Position numbers and translations under genes: made by a program
Assembly (NCBI GenBank): GCA_040217665.1
Contig: JBEHWP010000003.1
Coordinates: forward strand, 1 to 38,391
Direction: 5' to 3'
DNA length: 38,391 nt
Origin: Vulcanimicrobiota bacterium
Lineage (GTDB): Bacteria; Vulcanimicrobiota; SpSt-956; JAKJGF01
The notes under the pieces: model-generated
The model's input: only the letters and a program-made list of their open reading frames with translations
What the model was told of the DNA's origin: nothing
The model's database searches: none
In this document: positions 18,906 to 28,038 of the stretch, in pieces
How the letters are laid out: every line of letters begins with the position of its first letter
Numbering within the stretch: position 1 is the first letter of the stretch

Positions 18906-19008
18906 TTTAACATCTCCTTATTTCGTACATCTTCTGCTATTATCAGCAGACTTTACTTAGGATTGCAAGAAAAATAACTCCGGCAAATTATTAGAACGAT
19001 TGTATCCT

Positions 19009-19038
19009 CGCGTCACGCATTACGCATTACGCATCACG
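19009..19038. repeat. Heptamer array (CATTACG)-type x4
   Basis: CG CGTCACG CATTACG CATTACG CATCACG. Confidence 0.85.
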
Positions 19039-19130
19039 ATATAAACTTTAACTATGATGTAGTTATTTCCTGACTGATCCTTAGTATACCACAAATATTT
19101 TATAAAAAATTGTCAGGATATTCACAAATT

Positions 19131-19628
19131 TTAGCTGAAATTAAATTTTCGAGAAATCTCTTCTGCCATAAAGGTAGTTGATTTACCAGGTACAAGCTCC
19201 ACTATAACCACTTTGCCTCCGTAACTTTCCACAATAGTTCTTTCAGGCAGTTCTTTTTCTTTATAATCTCCGCCTTTGACATGAATATCGGGCATCAAAT
19301 GTTCAATCAATCTGTCAGGCCTTGCTTCGGAAAATATAACAATATAATCTACAAATACCAGAGCAGAAAGAACTTCTGCTCTTTCCATCTCTGTAACAAA
19401 AGGTCTTCCCTCTCCCTTCAGATTACGGACAGACTCATCACTGTTCAGACCTATAACAAGAAAATCTCCCAGACATCGAGCTTTTTCCAGATATCTCAAA
19501 TGACCTACATGAATAAGATCAAAACAACCATTGGTAAATACAAGTTTTTCTCTTCTACTTTTTCTGCTCTGAACAACAGAAAGTAAATCTGAAAGAGAAA
19601 AAAGCTTATTTTTTAAAATAGAAAGCAT
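19131..19628 (-). CDS. rfaE2: D-glycero-beta-D-manno-heptose 1-phosphate adenylyltransferase (RfaE domain II / HldC)
   Basis: VFTNGCFDLIHVGHLRYL, GLNSDESV, HVKGGDY, GKSTT; start moved to ATG 19628. Confidence 0.92.
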   Translation of the reverse strand: MLSILKNKLFSLSDLLSVVQSRKSRREKLVFTNGCFDLIHVGHLRYLEKARCLGDFLVIGLNSDESVRNLKGEGRPFVTEMERAEVLSALVFVDYIVIFSEARPDRLIEHLMPDIHVKGGDYKEKELPERTIVESYGGKVVIVELVPGKSTTFMAEEISRKFNFS

Positions 19629-19752
19629 ATGTTTTGGTGAGGCGTTGTAAAAAAATAACCATATAATATTTACAATCGTGACGGGAGGACAACAACCATA
19701 ATTTGCCAGAGTTATTTTCTTACAGTCACCGAGCAGTGTTTTAGAGTTAATT

Positions 19753-19771
19753 TCACTCACTACTCACTACT
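19753..19771. repeat. Short heptamer array (ACTCACT)
   Basis: TC ACTCACT ACTCACT ACT, next to the stop of the JAB gene. Confidence 0.7.
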
Positions 19772-19772
19772 A

Positions 19773-21836
19773 TTACTCCTCAATCCTTTCTTCTTCAGAC
19801 ATTTCTTCATTGCCGTAATATTTATATTTATGAGCTTTCAGGAGACCGCTCTTTGTCCTTCTTACAGGGTATGATGCTTCATCAGGATCACGAATAACCT
19901 GCTTCTGTTCCATCCTCCAGTTTCTCCCGCCAAGTATCTGTATAGTATCATTATAAAAAGAATCATATTCAGGATCGTGTTCTCTGCCGGAAAAACCTTC
20001 TGTATGACTTATAAAATTACCGGTTTCGGAAGACATCTTTGAATAGTTTTTTGCAATATATTCTTTTTCTATGTCATTTTTTGTTACTACCGGTCCCGGC
20101 GGCACAGGAGCGACCCTTCTGGAACCATCAGAACGGGGCGGCACAGGAGCGACCCTTCTGGAACCATCAGAACGAGGAGTTTTTACAAAAGAAGGTGGTC
20201 TTTTTCTCTTCTCTTCTTCTCTCCTGGAAGAAGCAAAAGAAGGACTTTCTTTTCTTAAAAGTGCCGGTATTTCCCGAATCGGTTCCGCTCTTTCATAAGG
20301 AGACGGATCTTCATGTTCTTCGTCATCAAGCATGACGTCTTCCTCGGAAGAATCAAATTCTATATATAAAGAATCACCTGCTTCATCAGGGGAAGATTTT
20401 TTTCTCCTGTCTTCAGACAAATAATCTCCTGATGAATAGTCGTCTGAATTGTCTGAGGTCTGAGAGGTAAAATCTCTCATACTTCCACGAAATGCTTCGG
20501 ATAAATCCTGTCTTCTCTCAGGGGATTTTCTGACAATTCCCCGTCCATAATTCCTTGATACTGAAGTTCCCTGTTCTATACGGGGATTTTCCGGAAGACT
20601 ACTGCGAGAATAAGGTTCAGCTTCATTAAATCTCATATCATAAGGTAATGAACCGGCTCTATATGGAATACCGGGAGGACTTATCGTATCCCGTACCGTT
20701 GATGGTACATGTTCACTTCCTCCTGGAGGAATTTCGCTTCTCGGAGAAACACGAAGCCCTCTTTTTTTAGGCACTGACTGAATATTAGACATTTTATTAC
20801 CGGGTCTGGCTCTGATACCTTTTAAAAGAGAAGAACTTCCACGCTCTTCAGATACTGGCGGAAACATTTCTTCTGAAGGCCCATAATTTCTGTCATCTGA
20901 AAAGTTTCTTACATCACCTGCAGTTCCTTTTGTGTAAAATGCTTCGGACGGGGGCACTTCCGGCTTTTCATACCTTCGAACAGCATTAAATAATATATCA
21001 TCTTCTTCTGTTTGAGGTATAAAATCACCGTATTGATTTTCTTCTTCCTCCATATTAACTTCTGTAGGAGGCAGCTGTTCTCTGGCACTTCTTATTGAAG
21101 CAAGTCTTCTGTGATATTTTTCTCGCAATTTATCTGTAGGTGAAATACTTTCTGCAAGCTGTCTCGGTTTATAAGCATAATATCCGGAACTCTTTTCTAT
21201 AGACTTATCTTTCCAGTAAAAAAAAGCTATATTTTTATAGGTTTCTCTCAGAGGATCTATTTCCATCACAGGATCGAGTATAAGAGCTACATTGGCACTT
21301 TCACGATAAAATGTTTCATGTATTAATTCATCATTTTCAGAAAAGAATATGCCCTTATCGGGATGGGTATGGTACCAGCCAATTACAATCTGATTGGGAT
21401 ATGTTTTAATAGATACCTGTTCCATATCTGCAATTACTCTATTTACAACACGAAGGCTCATTTCTTCGTTAAAAGAAGAGGCAGAGGGAAAAGCATTGTG
21501 TATTTCCACATATTCTTCGTTTTTCTCAGGATCTCTGTAAAGTCCTCCCAGGAGAATGCCTCCCACACCCTGTGGCATACCTTCTTTGGCATGTTTCCAT
21601 ATTGTTTTCAGGGCATGTTCAATAATAAATATTTTATATTCATATTCATCCGGCTGCTCTCCCCTGAGTTCACAGAAAAAATCAGGAGAGTCAAGAAGCA
21701 TTTCCTTTGATTTCACTATAAGGTCTTTCGACCTATCTCTTGAATAATCAGTGGAGGTACTGTATTTTTTTTCAGATCTGGATACTGTTTCAACATTGCT
21801 GGATATATCTTTTTTAGATCTTCTAAAACCTAACAT
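19773..21836 (-). CDS. JAB/MPN (Mov34) domain protein with a long low-complexity C-terminal region
   Basis: VGGILLG ... IGWYHTHPDKGIFFSENDELIH ... VALILDP; the remaining about 450 aa are S/P/E/R-rich. Confidence 0.85.
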   Translation of the reverse strand: MLGFRRSKKDISSNVETVSRSEKKYSTSTDYSRDRSKDLIVKSKEMLLDSPDFFCELRGEQPDEYEYKIFIIEHALKTIWKHAKEGMPQGVGGILLGGLYRDPEKNEEYVEIHNAFPSASSFNEEMSLRVVNRVIADMEQVSIKTYPNQIVIGWYHTHPDKGIFFSENDELIHETFYRESANVALILDPVMEIDPLRETYKNIAFFYWKDKSIEKSSGYYAYKPRQLAESISPTDKLREKYHRRLASIRSAREQLPPTEVNMEEEENQYGDFIPQTEEDDILFNAVRRYEKPEVPPSEAFYTKGTAGDVRNFSDDRNYGPSEEMFPPVSEERGSSSLLKGIRARPGNKMSNIQSVPKKRGLRVSPRSEIPPGGSEHVPSTVRDTISPPGIPYRAGSLPYDMRFNEAEPYSRSSLPENPRIEQGTSVSRNYGRGIVRKSPERRQDLSEAFRGSMRDFTSQTSDNSDDYSSGDYLSEDRRKKSSPDEAGDSLYIEFDSSEEDVMLDDEEHEDPSPYERAEPIREIPALLRKESPSFASSRREEEKRKRPPSFVKTPRSDGSRRVAPVPPRSDGSRRVAPVPPGPVVTKNDIEKEYIAKNYSKMSSETGNFISHTEGFSGREHDPEYDSFYNDTIQILGGRNWRMEQKQVIRDPDEASYPVRRTKSGLLKAHKYKYYGNEEMSEEERIEE
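20098..20174 (-). repeat. 39-bp in-frame tandem duplication (PRSDGSRRVAPVP x2)
   Basis: GGCGGCACAGGAGCGACCCTTCTGGAACCATCAGAACG occurs at 20098 and 20137. Confidence 0.95.
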
Positions 21837-21854
21837 ATATTACCCCTGTATGTT

Positions 21855-21884
21855 CGTGACACGTGACGCGTGACGCGTAACGCG
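21855..21884. repeat. Heptamer array (CGTGACG)x4
   Basis: CGTGACA CGTGACG CGTGACG CGTAACG CG. Confidence 0.88.
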
Positions 21885-21931
21885 ATGATTCAGTTAACTA
21901 TAAAATTATAAATGAAATATCGAATTTTGGC

Positions 21932-22013
21932 AAGTGAATTAAAAGTGAAAAGTGAAGGGGGAAGAATGAGTAGTGAGTCGTGGGGGTGAACCGTGTTCGC
22001 CCGGTTCCGGTGA
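21932..22013. repeat. Mosaic element: (AGTGAAA/AGTGAGT)n + REP-like hairpin; inverted copy of 31266-31332
   Basis: GAAAAGTGAAGGGGGAAGAATGAGTAGTGAGT is 29/32 and GTGTTCGCCCGGTTCCGGTGA is 19/21 identical to the reverse complement of 31266-31332. Confidence 0.85.
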
Positions 22014-22044
22014 AAACAGGCATCATGGAACCACCCGTTATACA

Positions 22045-23295
22045 TCATGGTACCAATCCCTCACCGTCTTCTGACAAAAACATCTCAGAAAGTTTCAAAT
22101 TTTTTATAATACTATTCCTTACCTTTACATATTCTTCTTCATCATACTGACAGTTAAAAGGATCGAGAAAGAGGTGAAAAATCTCTCTGTCACTTCTTTT
22201 CCTCTGCGATTGAATAAATTCCCTCTTTTCAAATAAATAATCCAGATCTTCCATCAGATCTTCAAGAGCAATAAAAGGCCCCATAGAGGGCCTGGTGGTA
22301 AGAACATAGTGTCTTGTAATAAGCCGTTCCAACCAGTAAGGAAGAATATTATATTTCCTCCTTAATATATATGAGAAACCTTCATGTTTTATATTCAGTA
22401 TAAAATCTTTGATAATGTCATAAAACCCGGGACTTTTCTTATATATAAAATCTTTACCTGCAATCCAGTCGCTTCTGTCCAGTTTCGAATGGATAAGCAT
22501 TTTTTTTATCCTCAACAGTAGTACTGCAGGAAGCAATTTTGCCAGATATTTATCTTCATAATTTTTTATCATACTGTAAAAACAATTTCTTTCACCGAGA
22601 AAAATCTTTTGTTCCAGTGAAAATATGGCACTTCCCGTTTTTTGATGATGATGATAAACAATTGAATCAGGAACGAGTAAAACTCTATAGCCTGTAATCC
22701 ATAAACGCCATCCCAGATCAACATCTTCAAAATAAGCAAAATATTTCGGATCAAAACCTCCCAGTCTAATAAAAATATCTCTTTTTATTAACATAGCTCC
22801 GCCACAGGCAAATAGCACGGGAGGGTATGGTTCTTCAGAAGGTGGTAAAGAAGATACTTCAAAACCACGGCCGTCAAAAGCAAGACCCCCTCCTCCGAAC
22901 TGAACTTTTTCTCCATGCCAGTTTAAAATTTTAGAGCCCACACATATAACATCATCAGGAGAATTTGTTATAGCCTCAATCAGTTTCAAGAGCCAGTCAG
23001 GCCTTACTCTCATATCATTATTTAAAAAAGCCAGATATTCTCCTTTCGCCATTGCAGCAGCCGTATTATTTGGTTCTGCAAAACCAAGATTTTTTTTATT
23101 TTCTATTATTTTAACGTCACGAAAATTTTCTTTCATAAAAATAACAGACCCGTCAGAAGAGCCGTTATCTACCATAATAAATTCAATAGACTCTGAAGGA
23201 TAGGTCAATTTTTTGAGGGACGTAAAGCAATCTTTAAGTAAAGAAAGACCATTGTAATTGATTACTATTATTGATACAGAAGGATGGTCACACAA
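22045..23295 (-). CDS. Glycosyltransferase family 2
   Basis: VSIIVINYNG, VDNGSSDGS, NLGFA, FLNNDM, YFEDVDLGWRL; TTG start after GGAGGAGG. Confidence 0.92.
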   Translation of the reverse strand: MCDHPSVSIIVINYNGLSLLKDCFTSLKKLTYPSESIEFIMVDNGSSDGSVIFMKENFRDVKIIENKKNLGFAEPNNTAAAMAKGEYLAFLNNDMRVRPDWLLKLIEAITNSPDDVICVGSKILNWHGEKVQFGGGGLAFDGRGFEVSSLPPSEEPYPPVLFACGGAMLIKRDIFIRLGGFDPKYFAYFEDVDLGWRLWITGYRVLLVPDSIVYHHHQKTGSAIFSLEQKIFLGERNCFYSMIKNYEDKYLAKLLPAVLLLRIKKMLIHSKLDRSDWIAGKDFIYKKSPGFYDIIKDFILNIKHEGFSYILRRKYNILPYWLERLITRHYVLTTRPSMGPFIALEDLMEDLDYLFEKREFIQSQRKRSDREIFHLFLDPFNCQYDEEEYVKVRNSIIKNLKLSEMFLSEDGEGLVP

Positions 23296-23297
23296 TT

Positions 23298-24449
23298 TTA
23301 TTTCCTCCTCCTGAAATAGCCGAATAATTCCTGGCCAAGATAATTAATCTCATCCAGAAAGGGCTGCATAAAATAATTTATCCCTCTGTTACAGGATTTA
23401 AAAGCAGAATAAAAATTACGTACTCTGAAATGGCAGAGGGCCTGAATAAAATGAATTTTAACATGGCAGGGATATTCACCGAGATATATGCGTAAAAGTT
23501 CTGCTGTTTCAGCATAATTCTCCTGTTTTATGAAATCGTCAAGTTTATTGAGAATATATTTATCCATAAGATATTTACGTACCATATCAGAATAAACTTT
23601 CATTTTCAACCTGTTGGACGATATATTGGTTTTATCAGTTCTCACCCTGTATTCACCTGTAATATGCTTTACATGAGAAAATTTAAACTTCTGTGCCATA
23701 TGAGCCCATAATTCCCAGTCCATAACAACAGGAAGTTTTTCGTTAAAATAACCTGTAACCTTCAGGCAATCTCTCCTGTGCATCAGTGCTAACGGTGCCA
23801 GAATATGATTCCTGACTAAAAACATTGCTGGTACAACATCTCTGGAATATATTTCCTTTGATGTGGTAACATATACTCCATCTCTTTTTTCCTGTCTTAC
23901 ACAGTAAGTATCACTGTAAGCCACATGGAGTTTCTCTTTTTCCAGACACGTAACCAGTGTTTCAAGATGGTCAGGATAATAAAAATCATCATCATCAAGA
24001 TAAGAGATATATTTACTTCCTGAGGCCCACAGACCTGTATTGAGTGCCCCTGAAAGTCCTTTATGAGGAATCTTGAAATATTCTATCCGCTCATCATGGA
24101 ATTTCCTCAGAATATCTTCTACGTCAATATTTCCTCCGTCATTTATAACAAGAATTGAAAAATCTTTAAAGGTCTGATTTAAAACACTCTGTACACTTTC
24201 TGCTATAAAATCCTTCCTGTTATATGTCGGCATAATAACAGAAACCATCGGCATAGACGACCTGGAAGAAACTATTTTCCCGTATCTCTTTCTTACAGCA
24301 GTTCTTCTGATTTCGTCTATCATTTTTTCAATAGAAGAAATTTCTGAATTACCTGTATCGAGCTTCAGGAAAGGTTCCGGAAGATTCAGAGTTTTCTCAC
24401 TTTCTAGAAGCCATAATTCATATTGTTTTTCTAAAGTTTGCCTATCCAT
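23298..24449 (-). CDS. Glycosyltransferase family 2
   Basis: VSVIMPTYNR, VINDGG, YLDDDD, DWELW; start moved to ATG 24449 because the ORF-track extension crosses a repeat. Confidence 0.9.
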   Translation of the reverse strand: MDRQTLEKQYELWLLESEKTLNLPEPFLKLDTGNSEISSIEKMIDEIRRTAVRKRYGKIVSSRSSMPMVSVIMPTYNRKDFIAESVQSVLNQTFKDFSILVINDGGNIDVEDILRKFHDERIEYFKIPHKGLSGALNTGLWASGSKYISYLDDDDFYYPDHLETLVTCLEKEKLHVAYSDTYCVRQEKRDGVYVTTSKEIYSRDVVPAMFLVRNHILAPLALMHRRDCLKVTGYFNEKLPVVMDWELWAHMAQKFKFSHVKHITGEYRVRTDKTNISSNRLKMKVYSDMVRKYLMDKYILNKLDDFIKQENYAETAELLRIYLGEYPCHVKIHFIQALCHFRVRNFYSAFKSCNRGINYFMQPFLDEINYLGQELFGYFRRRK

Positions 24450-24460
24450 AAAATAAAAAT

Positions 24461-24540
24461 CGTGATGCGTGATGCGTAATGCGTAATAATTATTTAACCA
24501 ATCAGGGCGTTTAATTAAACGCCACTCACCCTTCACTACT
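24461..24540. repeat. Mosaic element: (CGTGATG/CGTAATG)n + palindrome GGCGTTTAATTAAACGCC + (TCACCCT/TCACTAC)
   Basis: Perfect 18-bp palindrome at 24506-24523; the right arm overlaps the GT9 stop codon. Confidence 0.85.
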
Positions 24541-25572
24541 TTTCTTCAAAAGAATTCTGACAGGATTAACTATATCCTCCTCTGTAAGCTCTGCCAGGCA
24601 GGTAAATTTTTTGCACTTTTCTTTTATACATTTCTCTTTACATGAAGTATCTTTTCTCACTATAATATGATCGCATTTATATGGTTTCCATCTGGGAGGC
24701 AAATCGCTTTTCAGAGCAAAAATAGCTACAGTAGGAGTTTTACAGGCAGCAGCTATATGCATGGGGCCACTGTCCATGGAGATAAACACATTACACCTTT
24801 TTATAAGAGCAATCAATTCTTTAAGAGACAATTTACCTGCCATATTTAAAGCTTTTGTTTTCATAGAAGCTTCTATGCTGGAAACAAAGTCTATTTCATT
24901 AACTCCTCCTGTAATAACCAGTTTTGCCTCTGTTTCTCTCTGTACGGCATCGGCAATGGCAGCAAATTTTTCACAAGGCCAGTCAGACAGTGAAAGGCCT
25001 CTTCCTGGATGAAAACCGACAAGCACATCTTTTTCCTGTATGTCATGGTTCTCCAATAAATCGGAAATTCTTTCTCTAAAAAATTTATTTACAGGAAGAC
25101 ACAGTTCAGGCTCTGTCATACCTGCCCCTGCTTCTCTGGCAAAATCCATAAAACAGTCAACACAGTGGCTTTTTCTGTCTTCCAGTACAGTTCTGAGGCG
25201 GACTTTTTTTGTATAAAGAAAACTGTAAAGAAGGCGAAAATCCTGACCTATTCTTACAGGAATTCCGGAAAGATAAATCATCCAGGCAAATCTGGCAGTG
25301 CTCCAGAGCACAATGGCAATATCAAAATTATAAGATTTTATTTTATTAAGGAGATAAAAAAAAGGAGCCCTCTCTTTATCATTATCAGGAGCTTTATCCG
25401 GAATAATTTCATCTATATAAGGATTTTCACTCAATATATCCGCTGCATAAGGACTTACGAGCATAGCAAGGAATTTTAAAGATAATTCTTCTCTGAGGGA
25501 TTTAAGAACAGGAGTGGCAAGGATAACATCACCTATACCGCCATGGGCAAGTATGACAAGTGCTCTTTTCAT
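24526..25572 (-). CDS. Glycosyltransferase family 9 (LPS heptosyltransferase, WaaF/WaaQ-like)
   Basis: GGIGDVILATP, NPYIDEII, FHPG, AGKLSLKEL, DSGPMHIAAA. Confidence 0.92.
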   Translation of the reverse strand: MKRALVILAHGGIGDVILATPVLKSLREELSLKFLAMLVSPYAADILSENPYIDEIIPDKAPDNDKERAPFFYLLNKIKSYNFDIAIVLWSTARFAWMIYLSGIPVRIGQDFRLLYSFLYTKKVRLRTVLEDRKSHCVDCFMDFAREAGAGMTEPELCLPVNKFFRERISDLLENHDIQEKDVLVGFHPGRGLSLSDWPCEKFAAIADAVQRETEAKLVITGGVNEIDFVSSIEASMKTKALNMAGKLSLKELIALIKRCNVFISMDSGPMHIAAACKTPTVAIFALKSDLPPRWKPYKCDHIIVRKDTSCKEKCIKEKCKKFTCLAELTEEDIVNPVRILLKKSSEG

Positions 25573-27305
25573 TTAAGGACTCCCGATGCCTGAAACTGTA
25601 TCCAGCATAATCTGGCATATATGCCATTTTGCTTTATTAATTCTTCATGTGTTCCTGTTTCTTTGATTTCTCCGTCTTCTATAACGACTATTTTATCTGC
25701 ATTATAAATTGTAGACAGTCTGTGTGCTATTACAAAACATGTTCTGTCTTTCATTAATTTGGCAAGAGCTTCCTGTATGAGATTTTCCGATTCACTGTCA
25801 AGAGATGAAGTGGCTTCATCAAGTATTAATATCCTTGGATTTCTGAGTATAACCCTTGCAATGGCAATCCTCTGTCTCTGACCTCCAGAGAGTTTTACTC
25901 CTCTTTCACCTACGACGGTATTATAACCGTCAGGAAAAGAAGCAATAAAGTCATGAGCATTTGCCATAAGTGCAGCTTCTTCAATTTCCTCAGATTTAGC
26001 TCCCAGTCTTCCATAGGCAATATTTTCGTAGATAGTTCCGTTAAATAAAATACTGTCCTGCGGTACGACACCTATCTGTTTTCTTAAAGAATAAAGGTTG
26101 TAATCCATTATATCATAACCATCTATAAAAATCTTACCGGAAACGGGATTGTAAAACCTCATAAGCAGATTTATAAAGGTACTTTTCCCTGAGCCGCTGG
26201 GGCCTACAAGAGCAACTAAACTACCTGGTTTAACGGAAAGATTGATATTTTTCAGTACTTCTTCCTGTTCATTATATTTAAAATAAACATCTTTAAATTC
26301 CACTGTACCATTTATGGAAGGAAGGTCTTTCAGAACTTTACTGTCACCTGATTCGCATGGTACATCAAGCAGTTCCACTATTCTCTCTGCCGAGATCAAC
26401 CCTTTTCGCAGGTCACTGTATGTTACAGTAAGGCGATTGAGAGGAGCACAGGCAAGACCGAGATAACTCCAGAAAACAAAAATATCTCCTGCACTGATTT
26501 TTCCTGTTATGACTTCATATCCTCCGTACCAGACAACACATGCAACACCTATGGTTGTAATAAATTCTACTACAGGCGTTTGAGTTGCAGTAAGCTGTTC
26601 TGATTTCAGTGTATAACGGAGATTCTTTTTATTTGCATTATTAAATCTTTCCAGTTCATAAGGTTCCCTGCAAAAGGCCTTTACTATTCTTATGCCTGAA
26701 ATTATTTCCTGCATCATAGATGTAAGGTCAGAGAGGTTTTGCTGAAGAAGCTTAGTTACAGAAGCAATCTTTTTGCCAAATTTACCTGTAATAAGAGCAA
26801 TCATCGGTGCAAGAAGCATAGTTACAATGGTCAGAGTCCAGTCTTTATAGATCATCCATCCAAAAGCAAATACAAGCATAACAGTATCATTGACCAGTGT
26901 GATAACAACATTTGTAATGACATGCTGAAGGATTAATACATCAGTAGTCACACGGGTCATAAGATCACCTGTTTTACTGCTTTCATAAAAACTTACAGGC
27001 AATTTTCCGAGATGTGAAAAAATCTTATCCCGCAGATCCCTTATTATGCTCTGTCCGGCAAAACACATCAAATATCTTTGAAAATAAGAAGAAATTCCTT
27101 TTGCCAGCATGGCACCTATAATCATAAATACAACCAGGTTAAGAGAATTCAAATCTTTTTTATCCAGCACATTTGTTACTACATATTTGAGCAGGAACGG
27201 CTGAACAAGGGTGCTCAGGTTGGCAAGGCCTGTAGCAATAGTGGCTATAAGCAATATAAACCAGTAGGGTTTCAGATAATTGAGGAAAAATAAATATCTT
27301 CTCAT
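25569..27305 (-). CDS. msbA: ABC exporter, fused TMD-NBD (MsbA-like lipid A/core flippase)
   Basis: TM-rich N-terminal half; Walker A GPSGSGKST, signature LSGGQRQR, Walker B ILILDEATS; overlaps the LPS heptosyltransferase gene. Substrate inferred from context. Confidence 0.8.
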   Translation of the reverse strand: MRRYLFFLNYLKPYWFILLIATIATGLANLSTLVQPFLLKYVVTNVLDKKDLNSLNLVVFMIIGAMLAKGISSYFQRYLMCFAGQSIIRDLRDKIFSHLGKLPVSFYESSKTGDLMTRVTTDVLILQHVITNVVITLVNDTVMLVFAFGWMIYKDWTLTIVTMLLAPMIALITGKFGKKIASVTKLLQQNLSDLTSMMQEIISGIRIVKAFCREPYELERFNNANKKNLRYTLKSEQLTATQTPVVEFITTIGVACVVWYGGYEVITGKISAGDIFVFWSYLGLACAPLNRLTVTYSDLRKGLISAERIVELLDVPCESGDSKVLKDLPSINGTVEFKDVYFKYNEQEEVLKNINLSVKPGSLVALVGPSGSGKSTFINLLMRFYNPVSGKIFIDGYDIMDYNLYSLRKQIGVVPQDSILFNGTIYENIAYGRLGAKSEEIEEAALMANAHDFIASFPDGYNTVVGERGVKLSGGQRQRIAIARVILRNPRILILDEATSSLDSESENLIQEALAKLMKDRTCFVIAHRLSTIYNADKIVVIEDGEIKETGTHEELIKQNGIYARLCWIQFQASGVLK

Positions 27306-27331
27306 AAAATAAAAAATATCTCTTCATTAAT

Positions 27332-27372
27332 CGTGACGCGTCACGCGTGACGCGTGACGCGTGACGCGTTAC
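27332..27372. repeat. Heptamer array (CGTGACG)x6 with internally inverted units
   Basis: CGTGACG CGTCACG CGTGACG CGTGACG CGTGACG CGTTAC. Confidence 0.9.
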
Positions 27373-27408
27373 AATGACTTCAAATAATCTGTACGAGGAG
27401 CTTATAGA

Positions 27409-27897
27409 TTATGCAGGGTCAATTAGAAACAGAATATCACCGCTCTGAACAACTTCTTCATTTTCCCTCAGGCACTTAACTACAGTTCCTGACACTTCTG
27501 CCGTTATTTCATTCATAAGCTTCATGGCTTCTACAATACATAGAGTTTGCCCTGCAGATACTTTATCTCCTATCTCAACAAAAGGAGGAGCACCGGGCCA
27601 GGGAGCTTTGTAAAAAACTCCTACAAGAGGTGAAAGGACTTTATAATAGAGGCTGTGCTCTTCTTCTACTTTACTTTCCTGAACCGGAGGCATCACTTTT
27701 TCAGCCTTCTGCACAGTCTGAATTACAGGAGGAGATTCATAAACTGCACCGGCAGGAAGAACAAAAGAAGGGCCATCTTTTTTTCTGTCTCTTCTTATTT
27801 CTATTTTTACTCCATCATATTCTATAACTAATTCAGATATATCACATCTGTCAGATACTTCAATCAATCCCTGTATGGCATTAAAATCCAGATTCAT
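27409..27897 (-). CDS. accB: Acetyl-CoA carboxylase biotin carboxyl carrier protein
   Basis: SPLVGVFY, PFVEIGDKV, biotinylation motif EAMKLMNEI. Confidence 0.95.
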   Translation of the reverse strand: MNLDFNAIQGLIEVSDRCDISELVIEYDGVKIEIRRDRKKDGPSFVLPAGAVYESPPVIQTVQKAEKVMPPVQESKVEEEHSLYYKVLSPLVGVFYKAPWPGAPPFVEIGDKVSAGQTLCIVEAMKLMNEITAEVSGTVVKCLRENEEVVQSGDILFLIDPA

Positions 27898-27913
27898 AAT
27901 TCACCAAACCTTT

Positions 27914-28016
27914 TCAGTGATCAGTGATCAGTGATCAGTGATCAGTTATATTAGTGAGCAGTGAGTAATAATAAGTAAATAATATTCTATAAACTCATTA
28001 TTCACGACTCACTGAT
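27914..28016. repeat. Heptamer fold-back element (TCAGTGA)x5 + (AGTGAGY) ... (ACTCACT)
   Basis: TCAGTGA x4, TCAGTTA, then AGTGAGC AGTGAGT; right arm ACTCATT ATTCACG ACTCACT GAT. Confidence 0.88.
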
Positions 28017-28038
28017 TTTATCTTTCGAAAACATATTT

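Noticed and set aside
19629-19760. 44-aa N-terminal extension of RfaE2
   Set aside because: Starts inside a heptamer array and is not part of the family domain
20098-20174. 39-bp direct repeat as a CRISPR remnant
   Set aside because: Two abutting in-frame copies, no spacer, no cas genes
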